From NCBI GenBank assembly GCA_045659365.1, contig JAZOWT010000087.1:5-64004 (forward strand): a stretch of DNA of 64,000 nt, in the 5' to 3' direction. Each line of letters begins with the position of its first letter. The stretch's first letter is position 1. The DNA comes from Eubacteriales bacterium (GTDB lineage: Bacteria > Bacillota > Clostridia > Oscillospirales > CAG-272). The translations under genes were made by a program, and so were the position numbers. Positions 18,480 to 27,816 of this stretch are shown here, one piece after another. Under the pieces are notes generated by a model that saw nothing but the letters and a program-made list of their open reading frames with translations, was not told the DNA's origin and searched no databases.

Positions 18480-21386
18480 TTATTTTCCGTTTTCATAAGC
18501 GTAGACTATCACGCCGTTTCCTGCAAGGAAGGTGATATACGAAAACTGGGTTTCGTTGCCGTCATAGTTAACTGTGGTTACGGATACACAACCGTAAAAC
18601 GCGTCCGCGTAAACGGTATGCAACGTCAACGGCAGGTATACCTTAGTAAGGGAGGTGCAGGCATAAAAGGCATTCTCGCCTATTGTACGTACTCCTGTGG
18701 GTATATCGACCGTGGTAAGCGCGGTACAGCCATAGAACGTGGCGGTAGGAATATTATCAAGGGAGGTTGAAAGAGTTACGCGGTCAAGCTTTGTGCATCC
18801 GCGGAAGACCTCAACACCCATTTCGGTAATAGAATTCGGCAATACGACTCTTTCCAAGGAGGTTGACTCGAAGAACACTCCCTCTCCAAGCTCTTCAACA
18901 CCGTTGGGGAGCTCTATTACATGAATAGACGTGAGGTATGCAAATGCCCTGTCGCCTATGTAAAGAGGAACACCGGACCACTCTATCTCAGAGAGAGATC
19001 TCGCGTTTGCAAACGCGCCTGCGCCTATGTAGTCGCACTGCTCGGGGATCTCGATCTTTTCAATTTCAATGCAGCTTGTAAATGCCGATGCACCGATTGC
19101 ATACACGTTATCGTGCATGGTAACGCGCTCGAGCGCGTTACAGTTATAAAAGGCATAGCCGGGGATGTAATTGAGCGTTTGGGGTATTTTCACTGAGGTG
19201 AGCGAGGTGCATGCGGTGAAGGCATAGTCACCAAGCTCGGTGAGATCATCAAGCTTAATTTCGGAGAGTGCGGCACAGCCGTTGAATGCATGCGCGCCTA
19301 TCGAGGTAACGTTACCTAAGCTTATGCTCTCGAGCTTCTGATTTGCGAAGAATGCATAGTCACCGATTACGGTAATGCCGGTGGGAGAGCCGATAGAGGT
19401 GAGCGCGGCGCAGGCCTCAAACGCGGAGTCACATATCTCGGTAACACTGTCGGGCAGGCTTATAGAGGTAAGTGCCTTACAGTCAAAGAATGCTTCCCTG
19501 CCGATCGAGGTATAGGAGCCGTGAAGATCGACATCCGAAAGAAGAATCGAGCCCATAAATGCACCGTCGGGGATCGCGGCAATTCCACTACCTACACTGA
19601 CGGATACAAGAGAGCGACAAACCATAAAGGAATACGCGCCAAGGTGTGTAACGGTGTCGGGGACAGTAACACTTTCAAGACCGGAGTCCATGAAGGCATA
19701 GTTCCCTATTGATCTGACCGATGCGGGAATGTTGATGCCTTTAAGCGCTCTTGTGAGGCTGAATGCATAATCTCCGATAGCGGTGACACCGCTTGTGATG
19801 TTGACGTCGGTCAATGCGGTACACTCGGAGAACATGTAGCTTCCTATTGTGGAGAGCGATGACGGAATATTTACTGAGGTAAGCGAGTAACAGTCAAGGA
19901 ACACCTTTTCGCCAACCTCGGTAAGGGTACCGGGGAGATCAATTTCGGAAAGGCGCTGGCAGTTTTCAAACGCGTTGTCGCCTATATAGGCTACCGACGA
20001 ATCGGAGAAATCAACGGTGGTAAGGTAGGTTGCATGCCAAAAGCCGTAGTCCTCGATGCGAGTAAGCGACTTTGGAAGCTTAACGTTTATAAGCGCATCA
20101 CAGCTTGCAAAGGCAGATGAGATGCTTTTGATACCCTCGGGAAGAGTCAGGGTGACACCGTAAAGGCGCTGCTGCTCTACCCCGCCGACGGTAACCGTGC
20201 GGTACACGAGCTCGGCATAGTCGGTAGCGACCACCGGTGCGGGAGACTGAGTGTTGTCGCGAACGGGATTGTATTTCAAGAGGATACCGTCACCGACGAT
20301 TACAAGCTCGTCGGTAAGGCTCTTATAATAAGCGGAGCCGGAAAAGGCAAGACCGCCGATGTATTCCACACTGTCGGGGATATTGACCGTAGCCAGGTTA
20401 TCGCAAAAATAGAATGCATACGTACCGATGCGCTTAAGTCCCTCGGGAAGTATGACCGAGGTGAGCGACTGACAGTTACGGAATGCGTACTCCTCGATCG
20501 AGGTTACGTGAGCCGGAACGGTGTATGAGGTAAGGGGAGTTGCGGCGGGCATTATAACAACTGTGTGCGAATCGAGATCGACAAGTGCGCCGCCGTCAGT
20601 TGAGTAACGGACGTTACCATCGGCTACGGATATTGTGGCCAAGGCATTGCAGGAATGGAATGCCGACTGGCCGAGGGATGAAAATCCGGAGCCAAGAGAG
20701 ATGTCGGTAAGCGCGGAGCATCCTGCAAAGGCGCGCGCGCCAATGCTGACAAGAGATTCTGTACCGGTGATTTGTGCAAGCGCTGAGCATCCCTCAAAGG
20801 CAGATCCGCCTATCGAGGTGCAACTGGACGGAAGAGCGATTTTGGTTATCTTCTCACAGCCGTAGAATGCGCCGTCACCTATATTGGTAACCGAGCTTGA
20901 GATCGTCACATCCGAGAGCTTGACGCTTCCGTAAAATGCAGCGGCGCCGATCGACGTGACAGTATCGGGGATGACAACCTTTTCAAGCAAGGTGCAGGTA
21001 GAAAAGGCATTTGAACCTATTATCTCAAGCGAGTCACCAAACGAGATCGAGGTCAACGAAGCGCATCCGCTGAATGCTCCGTCACCGATCTCGGTAACGA
21101 AGACACCGAGACGAACAGATTTGACCGAGGTCTTACTGAACGCGCCCTTGCCTATTTTAGTTACCGGATTACCGCCTATGGCAGACGGGACGGATACGTC
21201 TGTATCATCATCGAGGTAAGCGAGGATGGTTACACTACCGTCGTCGAGCAGAGTGTATTTGTAGTCGGCGGTATAGTATATTTCTCTTTCCGGGGTGGTG
21301 TTGCCACCGAGGGTAAGTATCAAGATGATTGCAACGGCGGCGACAAGAAGCACCAGAGCCGAGGCAATAATTATTTTTTTCTTCAT
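18480..21386 (-). CDS. BspA-type leucine-rich-repeat cell-surface protein (968 aa), N-terminal membrane anchor
   Basis: Start at MKKKIIIASALVLLVAAVAIILIL (ATG at 21386). Dozens of ~23-aa repeats of the form xVTSIGxxAFxxCxxLxxVxIP. Confidence 0.85.
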   Translation of the reverse strand: MKKKIIIASALVLLVAAVAIILILTLGGNTTPEREIYYTADYKYTLLDDGSVTILAYLDDDTDVSVPSAIGGNPVTKIGKGAFSKTSVKSVRLGVFVTEIGDGAFSGCASLTSISFGDSLEIIGSNAFSTCTLLEKVVIPDTVTSIGAAAFYGSVKLSDVTISSSVTNIGDGAFYGCEKITKIALPSSCTSIGGSAFEGCSALAQITGTESLVSIGARAFAGCSALTDISLGSGFSSLGQSAFHSCNALATISVADGNVRYSTDGGALVDLDSHTVVIMPAATPLTSYTVPAHVTSIEEYAFRNCQSLTSVILPEGLKRIGTYAFYFCDNLATVNIPDSVEYIGGLAFSGSAYYKSLTDELVIVGDGILLKYNPVRDNTQSPAPVVATDYAELVYRTVTVGGVEQQRLYGVTLTLPEGIKSISSAFASCDALINVKLPKSLTRIEDYGFWHATYLTTVDFSDSSVAYIGDNAFENCQRLSEIDLPGTLTEVGEKVFLDCYSLTSVNIPSSLSTIGSYMFSECTALTDVNITSGVTAIGDYAFSLTRALKGINIPASVRSIGNYAFMDSGLESVTVPDTVTHLGAYSFMVCRSLVSVSVGSGIAAIPDGAFMGSILLSDVDLHGSYTSIGREAFFDCKALTSISLPDSVTEICDSAFEACAALTSIGSPTGITVIGDYAFFANQKLESISLGNVTSIGAHAFNGCAALSEIKLDDLTELGDYAFTACTSLTSVKIPQTLNYIPGYAFYNCNALERVTMHDNVYAIGASAFTSCIEIEKIEIPEQCDYIGAGAFANARSLSEIEWSGVPLYIGDRAFAYLTSIHVIELPNGVEELGEGVFFESTSLERVVLPNSITEMGVEVFRGCTKLDRVTLSTSLDNIPTATFYGCTALTTVDIPTGVRTIGENAFYACTSLTKVYLPLTLHTVYADAFYGCVSVTTVNYDGNETQFSYITFLAGNGVIVYAYENGK
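18537..21164 (-). repeat. Two blocks of tandem ~69-nt LRR coding repeats (diverged at the DNA level)
   Basis: The periodic IG(D/x)xAF...C..L motif recurs throughout the translated protein. Boundaries are approximate. Confidence 0.65.
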
Positions 21387-21426
21387 ATAATACGTGCACC
21401 TGCGTGTATAATGTCTATTAAAATCA

Positions 21427-21455
21427 ATTATACAACAAGCAAGCATTTTTGTCAA
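21427..21455 (-). promoter_or_regulatory. Consensus sigma-A promoter for the LRR/kinase operon
   Basis: On the minus strand: TTGACA (21450-21455), 17-nt spacer, TATAAT (21427-21432). Confidence 0.6.
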
Positions 21456-21564
21456 CAAGAAAATGTGAGCGGCAGGCTGTATAAAACGGGCAGATGATGA
21501 AAAAAATAGAAATGCACCAAAATTTGAAATGCCGTCACTTATGGCGGCGGATGGGAGATAATTA

Positions 21565-22851
21565 ATGAAAAAGGGCTTTAAGAGGGCTATGCTTGTAGCG
21601 AGTATGCTTATCGTGGCGCTTATGGTCGGCGGAGTGAGTGCTTTTGCCGATTTTGGCAGCGGTGTTGCGGCGATGGCGGAGGGCACCGAGATCATCAAGA
21701 CGGCTATTTCGGGAAAAAAGATCGTATTCTCCGACGTTGATTTCAAGCAGGGGCTTTGCATTACCGACTTTGACCAGATCGAGATCACCGCGGTACCCGA
21801 GAGCAATCAGGGTACCCTGATGCTTGCAGGCCGCAGAGTGGGTGTGGGAACAGTGATCAAGCGCAAGAACATAGGGGCGCTCGTATTTATTCCTGCAAGC
21901 CGTGAGGTAAGTGAATGCCGCTTTAAGTTTAAGACCGACGACTATGCCTCGGGGGCAGAGGTGGATTTCGTATTGAAATTCACCGAGAAGGTCAACTACG
22001 CGCCGACAGTGTCCGCAAAGAGTGACGGCGAGCTTGTAACACAGCGTGAGGTAAGCATTTACGGTACGATGCGCGCCGATGACGTTGAGTCTGATGATAT
22101 CGAATACCTTGTCATAAGCTATCCCACGGCCGGGGTTCTCAATGTTTTAGACAAGAAAAACGGTAAATTTCTTTACACGCCCCCCACTGATTACACCGGA
22201 GAGGTCTCCTTTACCTTCGTTGCCAGAGATGAATGGGGCAACTTCTCAAAACCCGAGAAGGTAGCGATAAGCGTGGTGGAAAGAATGAGCGAGGTTGTGT
22301 ATGAGGACCTCAAGGGTCACAAGGATTACAACGCGGCAATAGCGCTTACTGCAATCGGGGCGGCTGACGGCAGACTTATCGGCGACGGAGTATATTTCAT
22401 GCCGGAGGATAAGGTGAGTGTTGCCGAGTTTGTAACCATGGCAATGAAATGTGCGGGCATATCGGCAGACAAGTCGCTTACAGAGACCTATTTTGACGAT
22501 GACAAATACATTCCTGCACCTATGAAAAGCTATATCGCAACTGCGCAAAAATACGGCATCGTGCAGGGAAAATTTGAAAACGGGGGTCTTTTTTTGTACC
22601 CTAACAAGGCTATAACGAGATATGAAGCGGCTATGGTCATGGCGATGCTGGTAGACTCATGCGAGGGGGCATCTATCCCCACGTTTTCTGACAGTGATAC
22701 CCTGCCCGTTTGGGCTGAGGCGGCGGTGGCAGAGATGTGCGCTATGGGGATTTTTGACGGTGAGTGTGAAACCATCGGTGGCACTGACGAGCTATCTAAG
22801 ATCGAATGCGCAGCATATCTTTACAAGATGTACAGTTCTATCGATAGATAA
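21565..22851 (+). CDS. Secreted cell-wall-anchored protein: cadherin/Ig-like domain plus three C-terminal SLH repeats
   Basis: Signal peptide ending VSAFA. Segment VNYAPTV...YTPPTDYTGEVSFTFVARDEWGN. SLH-like segments begin at YEDLKGHKDYNAAI, YFDDDKYIPAPMKSYI and FSDSDTLPVWAEAAV. Confidence 0.75.
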   Translation: MKKGFKRAMLVASMLIVALMVGGVSAFADFGSGVAAMAEGTEIIKTAISGKKIVFSDVDFKQGLCITDFDQIEITAVPESNQGTLMLAGRRVGVGTVIKRKNIGALVFIPASREVSECRFKFKTDDYASGAEVDFVLKFTEKVNYAPTVSAKSDGELVTQREVSIYGTMRADDVESDDIEYLVISYPTAGVLNVLDKKNGKFLYTPPTDYTGEVSFTFVARDEWGNFSKPEKVAISVVERMSEVVYEDLKGHKDYNAAIALTAIGAADGRLIGDGVYFMPEDKVSVAEFVTMAMKCAGISADKSLTETYFDDDKYIPAPMKSYIATAQKYGIVQGKFENGGLFLYPNKAITRYEAAMVMAMLVDSCEGASIPTFSDSDTLPVWAEAAVAEMCAMGIFDGECETIGGTDELSKIECAAYLYKMYSSIDR

Positions 22852-22855
22852 AAAT

Positions 22856-22892
22856 AAGGGGCGACACCGCAAAGCGCGGTCGCCCCTTTTGT
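22856..22892. terminator. Bidirectional terminator
   Basis: GGGGCGAC (22858-22865) pairs with GTCGCCCC (22879-22886), with an inner CGC/GCG stem and AA/TTTT flanks. Confidence 0.8.
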
Positions 22893-22895
22893 TAT

Positions 22896-23420
22896 TCAAT
22901 TTCTTTTAACGAGTGTTGAAATTATGACGTACAGTGCATAGACAACAAGCAGTACTCCGAAAACCAGTGCGGCAAAGTCGGCCCAGTTTTCAATAAAGAG
23001 GACGCCAAAGCCTACAAGAGAGATGAGTGCGCCTACGGAAATCTGGGTAGCAAGCATTCTGCCACCGATACTTCTGTAAAGGAAATAACGAAGAAATGCA
23101 TCGGCTATTACAAGCGCGCCAACCGAGATCATTATCCATGGGATAAACGAGAGCAAAAGTCCGGCGAGGTTGTGAACGATGATCATGGTGCCGAGCGCAC
23201 CGAGAACTACACCAACAAGTCCGTTAGTGGTAAGAAGGAGGTGGGTTCTCACGATCGAGTTGATGACAAACAGGACACCTATGAATATAACAAATCCGCC
23301 GAGAAGGTAGCTGAGCGCCCATGCACCGAATCCACAAAACAAAACTCCTAGCACAAATATAGCACAGGCAAAAATTATAGTGCTGATATCATTAGAGCTT
23401 AACTTTTTAATCGACATCAA
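22896..23420 (-). CDS. Small polytopic membrane protein (HdeD/DUF308-like)
   Basis: Six predicted TM helices with repeated G-rich helix pairs. No other recognisable motif. Confidence 0.4.
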   Translation of the reverse strand: MMSIKKLSSNDISTIIFACAIFVLGVLFCGFGAWALSYLLGGFVIFIGVLFVINSIVRTHLLLTTNGLVGVVLGALGTMIIVHNLAGLLLSFIPWIMISVGALVIADAFLRYFLYRSIGGRMLATQISVGALISLVGFGVLFIENWADFAALVFGVLLVVYALYVIISTLVKRN

Positions 23421-23445
23421 AATGCTTCCCTTTCACGAGGCAAAA

Positions 23446-24282
23446 TCAGGCCTTCTCAAAGCCTATGATAAGACCGCCGCGCTCTGCATAGAATGAGCAA
23501 AGACCACGGAGGGGATAGACGCTGACGTCGGTAGCACCAAAGGTATCGGTTACCATTTTTGCAAGAGAGGTAGCGAGCTGCTCGTTTACACAGTGAGCTA
23601 TTCTGATAGCGCCACCCTTATATCCAAGAGAACGAAGCTGCTCGATTACACCGGTGAGTGTATTACGCTCGCCACGGGGCTTGGAAAGCATCTCAAGCTC
23701 ACCCTTATCGCTTGCGCGACCTATAACACGGATTCCGAGTATGCCGGCAAGCTTAGCGACAACAGGACTTACACGACCGTTGTTGGCAAGATTGCGCATA
23801 GATTCAAGGACGAACAAAAGACCTGTGTGGCGGCTATATTCGTCGACTGCGGCAGTGATCTCATCAAATGAGCGGCCCTCAAGGATAAGAGCGCGCATTC
23901 GCTCGATGAAAAGCGCCATCTCGGGACCGGTGGAGAGCGAGTTAAGGACGTACACACGACGACCGGGATGCTCCGCCTCGTAGGTGCCTTTAGCAAGAAC
24001 GGCAGAATTGTAGCTGCCGGAGAGAGAGCCGGTAATAGTGGTACAAAAGACCTCGTCGGCATCTCCGAACGCGCGAAGATAATCATCCGGGTTAGGACAG
24101 GAGGTCGAGGACTTGCCCTTGTATGTGGCAAGGTCGTTTACCATTCCCTCAACGTCGAGGGTGGCATCATCGATATATATTTTTTCGGAGGTGACTATTT
24201 TAAGAGGTGCACTTTCAAAGGCGATATTCTCTACAGAAAGAACGTCGGATGCGGAATCGGTTACAATTTTGATTTTTCTCAT
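23446..24282 (-). CDS. DegV-family fatty-acid-binding protein
   Basis: MRKIKIVTDSASDV start and the family-typical length and layout. Confidence 0.85.
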   Translation of the reverse strand: MRKIKIVTDSASDVLSVENIAFESAPLKIVTSEKIYIDDATLDVEGMVNDLATYKGKSSTSCPNPDDYLRAFGDADEVFCTTITGSLSGSYNSAVLAKGTYEAEHPGRRVYVLNSLSTGPEMALFIERMRALILEGRSFDEITAAVDEYSRHTGLLFVLESMRNLANNGRVSPVVAKLAGILGIRVIGRASDKGELEMLSKPRGERNTLTGVIEQLRSLGYKGGAIRIAHCVNEQLATSLAKMVTDTFGATDVSVYPLRGLCSFYAERGGLIIGFEKA

Positions 24283-24308
24283 ATGCTTCTCCTTTGTTTT
24301 ATAATTCT

Positions 24309-24337
24309 ATTTTACCATTAAAAAGTTTATTTGTCAA
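24309..24337 (-). promoter_or_regulatory. Sigma-A-type promoter for the degV-family gene
   Basis: On the minus strand: TTGACA (24332-24337), 17-nt spacer, TAAAAT (24309-24314). Confidence 0.5.
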
Positions 24338-24350
24338 TCTGCCAGATATA

Positions 24351-24379
24351 TTGAATTCTTTATCGGACTATGCTATAAT
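24351..24379 (+). promoter_or_regulatory. Sigma-A promoter with extended -10 for the HAD hydrolase gene
   Basis: TTGAAT (24351-24356), 17-nt spacer, TGcTATAAT (-10 hexamer at 24374-24379). Confidence 0.55.
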
Positions 24380-24415
24380 CTGAATATATGATAATTGAAA
24401 AGAGGTTATACAAAA

Positions 24416-24988
24416 GTGAAAAAGGTAGTTCTCTTTGATTTCTTCGGAGTTATAGGATATGAGCTTTCTCCGGTATGGTTCAGACGTTATTTTGATGACA
24501 GTATCGCTGATGCAACAAAGCACCGCTTGGTTAATCCGGGCGACCTCGGAGCGATAAGCGAGGAGGAAATGTTTGAAAATATCGGCAGAGAGGTTGGTGT
24601 AGATGCAAAGCAGGTGCGCCGCGAGTGGATGGAGCTTGTAACCATCAACGAGGAAATGGTAAATTTCATCAAAGAGGTTAAAAAGTCTTACCCCGTGTAT
24701 CTTTTATCCAATGCGCTCAGCGGATTTCTGCGCGAGATACTCGAGAAAAACGACCTTTATCAGCTTTTCGATGAGGTGTACATCTCTGCCGAAATTCACC
24801 TTGCAAAGCCGGATCCCGAGTTCTTCCGCGAGTGCCTTGAAAGAATAGGTGCTAAGGCAGAGGAAACCGTGATGATCGATGACAATGCAAAAAACCTCGA
24901 GGGCGCAAGAGAGGTCGGAATAGACACGATACTCTTCACCGACAACAGAAGCTTTCAGGCCGAGTTCAAGAACTATTATAACGTATAA
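24416..24988 (+). CDS. HAD-superfamily hydrolase (subfamily IA-like)
   Basis: Motif I VLFDFFGV, then LLSNA, then C-terminal MIDDNAKN. The GTG at 24416 follows AAGAGG; the track start at 24395 is a TTG. Confidence 0.75.
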   Translation: MKKVVLFDFFGVIGYELSPVWFRRYFDDSIADATKHRLVNPGDLGAISEEEMFENIGREVGVDAKQVRREWMELVTINEEMVNFIKEVKKSYPVYLLSNALSGFLREILEKNDLYQLFDEVYISAEIHLAKPDPEFFRECLERIGAKAEETVMIDDNAKNLEGAREVGIDTILFTDNRSFQAEFKNYYNV

Positions 24989-24996
24989 AAGCAAGT

Positions 24997-25028
24997 GGCA
25001 AGCACACGTGTGCTTGCCATTATTTTTT
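24997..25028. terminator. Bidirectional terminator (perfect 22-nt palindrome)
   Basis: GGCAAGCACAC/GTGTGCTTGCC (24997-25018), flanked by TAAAA and TTATTTTTT. Confidence 0.75.
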
Positions 25029-26606
25029 GTATTTTTTTACGATTGAGAGCGCTACGCGTACACCGTCGGTCGCAGATGACACGATACCACCGGAATATCC
25101 TGCTCCCTCACCTGTGGGGTAGAGCCCCTTCAAGCTTACAGATACGTAATTTTCATCACGTAAAATTCGCACGGGTGCGGTGGAACGGGTTTCGGCACCG
25201 GTCAGGACGGCATCGCGAAGAAGGAAGCCGGGCATCCATTCATCAAAGTCGTATATTGCCGCGCGCAAGGACTCGGTGATATAATCGGGAAGATATTTTT
25301 CAGTGGCACAAGGCGTAGTGCCTACCGGATACGTTGGCTCGACCGAGCCGAGGGAGGTTGGCGCCTTGCAGTCGAGGAAGTCGCCCATTGTGGTGACGGG
25401 GGCATGATAATTCGAGCCACCGGCAACGAAGGTGCGCTTCTCTATTTCATCCTGGAGGGCGAAGCCGCCAAGGGGAGATGAATTTGGAAAATCAGCGGGT
25501 GTAACTGAAACAAGGAATGCGGCATTGGAATTTTTGCCATCGCGCAGATACTCACTCATACCGTTGGTGACAACACCGCCGAGGACACTGGTTGCCGGGA
25601 CAACAGTGCCGCCGGGACACATGCAAAAGCTATACACACTTCTGCCGTTATCAAGGTGAGTAACAAGATGATATGATGCGGTCTCAAGGCGGGAGTCGTA
25701 TCCCTTTCCGTACACGAGGTCGTTCATATACTCGCGCGGGTGCTCGATCCTGACACCGATGCCGAAGCCCTTGGCCTCCATTTTTACACCGTTGTCATAA
25801 ATTTTCGCTATCGTATCGCGCGCACTGTGACCAATTGCAAGAATAACGTCACTTGCAGGGAGGGTAATTAATTGCCCTTCCTTTTCATATTTTACCGCAC
25901 TCAGAGTACCGTTATCGCTTATTACGTCTACAAGCCTTGATGAGTAGGAGATCTCGCCGCCGAGGGATATAATCCGCTCACGGATGGCGGCAACTATGTC
26001 GGAAAGCTTATCCGTGCCGAGGTGGGCGGTGGAGGAATAAAGGATGTCCTCGCTCGCGCCTGCATCGACAAAGGTATTAAGCACCTTCATCTTATATTTA
26101 TCCATACTGCCGACCTTAAGCTTGCCATCGGAGTAGGTGCCGGCACCTCCCTCACCGAACTGAACGTTACACTCGGTGTCGAGCACACCCATACGGGCAA
26201 AGAGGTCGACCTTTTCCCTTCTCTTCTCTACCGGGAGACCGCGCTCAAGGACGATAGGACACGCGCCGGACTCAGCTAGCACCAAGGCGGCAAAAAGACC
26301 TGCGGGACCTAGGCCGACAACAACGGGTCTGATGGAAAAATCGGCCGCAGGAACTGTCAACGTGTAATCGGGAACCGAGGCGACCTTCTTGCGCATTTTT
26401 AAAAGACCTGCCTCACGATCCTCGGAAAGCGATATTCCCACGGTGGCACGGTACTTTATATTCGACTTATCGCTAAGATCGAGCGAGGTGCGAAGAAGTC
26501 GGAGGTCGGAAAGCTCATCAGAGGAAACAGGAAGACGCTCGCACACGGCGGCCTTGATATCCGCGGTCGTATAACCTATCGGAAGATATATTTCGGTTTT
26601 GATCAT
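25020..26606 (-). CDS. FAD-dependent oxidoreductase (COG2509-like uncharacterised dehydrogenase)
   Basis: Dinucleotide-binding motif VVVGLGPAGLFAALVLAESG and C-terminal GLYPTGEGAGYSGGI. Start at MIKTEIY, which has an AAAGGAG RBS. Confidence 0.75.
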   Translation of the reverse strand: MIKTEIYLPIGYTTADIKAAVCERLPVSSDELSDLRLLRTSLDLSDKSNIKYRATVGISLSEDREAGLLKMRKKVASVPDYTLTVPAADFSIRPVVVGLGPAGLFAALVLAESGACPIVLERGLPVEKRREKVDLFARMGVLDTECNVQFGEGGAGTYSDGKLKVGSMDKYKMKVLNTFVDAGASEDILYSSTAHLGTDKLSDIVAAIRERIISLGGEISYSSRLVDVISDNGTLSAVKYEKEGQLITLPASDVILAIGHSARDTIAKIYDNGVKMEAKGFGIGVRIEHPREYMNDLVYGKGYDSRLETASYHLVTHLDNGRSVYSFCMCPGGTVVPATSVLGGVVTNGMSEYLRDGKNSNAAFLVSVTPADFPNSSPLGGFALQDEIEKRTFVAGGSNYHAPVTTMGDFLDCKAPTSLGSVEPTYPVGTTPCATEKYLPDYITESLRAAIYDFDEWMPGFLLRDAVLTGAETRSTAPVRILRDENYVSVSLKGLYPTGEGAGYSGGIVSSATDGVRVALSIVKKYKK

Positions 26607-26739
26607 ATGCGGCGCTCCTTTCACAAATATCATTACTATTTTACCACCAGCGCGACGCTTTTGCAATAGAAATTGCCAAATTGGGTATATGAATTGATTT
26701 TTATGGAAAAATACCTTCAACAATGGATATCAGAAGGCG

Positions 26740-27816
26740 GTGATTTGTTTGAAAAAAATATTAATTCTTGCATTAGTGCTTATAATGACGGTTATTCCCA
26801 TCACATCCTGTGGATGCACCGAGACGGGTGAGGTGTCGGTTTTTTATTACAGCTTCAGTGACACTTACATTTCCGGTGTTCGCGGAGCTATGGACACAAT
26901 GCTTGGCAAGGCCGGTGTGAGCTATCACAACTACGATGCAAACAGCAGTCAGGCAACACAGACCGAGCAGATAGATACAGCGATAGCAAAGGGAGCGACG
27001 ATGCTTATTGTCAATATTGTCGATTCCGGATCTGACGATGCGGCAAAAACAATAGTTAAAAAGGCAAAGGATGCGGATATACCCCTGATCTTTTTCAACC
27101 GTTCGGTCAAGGAGGAGATAGTTAAGAGCTATGACAAGTGTGTATTTGTTGGCACGGATTACGAGCTGGCGGGCAAAATGCAAGGCGATCTTATAGGAAA
27201 TTACGTGTCAAAAAATTACACGGGTCTGGATATAAACGGTGACGGCGTAATAACCTACTGCCTTTTCAAGGGTGAGCAAGGAAACGCGGAAGCCGAGGCG
27301 AGAACGCGATATGCGGTGGAAAATGCGAATGCTATTCTGCGCGAGGCGGGAAAGCCATCACTTGTTTTTTACGATAAGGCGAATACGAACGGATACCTTG
27401 TCGACCAGAACGGAAACTGGTCGAACGCGGCGGCAAACAACTATATGAAAACGATACTCTCGGCATACAACGAGAAGAACGGTAATATGGTCGAGCTTGT
27501 AATCGCGAACAATGATGAAATGGCGCTCGGAGCAATATCAGCGCTTACGGAAGCCGGATATAACAACGGAAAGGGGCGCACGATACCCGTGTTCGGCATC
27601 GATGCAACATCTGCCGCGGTGAGCAAGATCAATTCGGGCGCAATGACCGGTACGATAAAGCAGGACGGCGAGGGCATGGCAGAAACGATCACGAGGATAG
27701 TGACTAACCTGGAGAGCGGAAAGAACGCACTATACGGAGTTGACGAGAAGAACAAGGTCGGCGAGTGGAGAGTAAATATCCCCTACTCTACCTACACGAG
27801 CGAGGAAAATCCGTGA
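26740..27816 (+). CDS. CUT2 sugar ABC transporter substrate-binding lipoprotein (MglB/RbsB-like)
   Basis: Lipobox ITSCG and a periplasmic-binding-protein type I pattern. The start may instead be the TTG at 26749. Confidence 0.8.
   Translation: MICLKKILILALVLIMTVIPITSCGCTETGEVSVFYYSFSDTYISGVRGAMDTMLGKAGVSYHNYDANSSQATQTEQIDTAIAKGATMLIVNIVDSGSDDAAKTIVKKAKDADIPLIFFNRSVKEEIVKSYDKCVFVGTDYELAGKMQGDLIGNYVSKNYTGLDINGDGVITYCLFKGEQGNAEAEARTRYAVENANAILREAGKPSLVFYDKANTNGYLVDQNGNWSNAAANNYMKTILSAYNEKNGNMVELVIANNDEMALGAISALTEAGYNNGKGRTIPVFGIDATSAAVSKINSGAMTGTIKQDGEGMAETITRIVTNLESGKNALYGVDEKNKVGEWRVNIPYSTYTSEENP

Noticed and set aside
18480-21386. LRR protein plus adjacent P-loop protein as an NLR/STAND-like immune module
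   Set aside because: The LRRs are BspA-type repeats on a signal-anchored, apparently extracellular protein. The P-loop protein is a separate small HprK-like polypeptide, not a STAND NTPase. No effector domain is present.
21387-21806. N-terminal 140-aa extension of the LRR ORF in the six-frame track (1108 aa against 968 aa)
   Set aside because: The extension runs antisense through the start of the SLH gene and through the promoter region. The internal Met at 21386 begins a classic MKKK plus hydrophobic anchor and lies downstream of a consensus promoter.
26640-26700. Small palindrome GCAAT-AGAA-ATTGC upstream of the CUT2 sugar transporter, considered as a possible operator or cre site
   Set aside because: The arms are only 5 bp, it does not match the cre consensus (TGWAANCGNTNWCA), and no adjacent regulator gene supports it.
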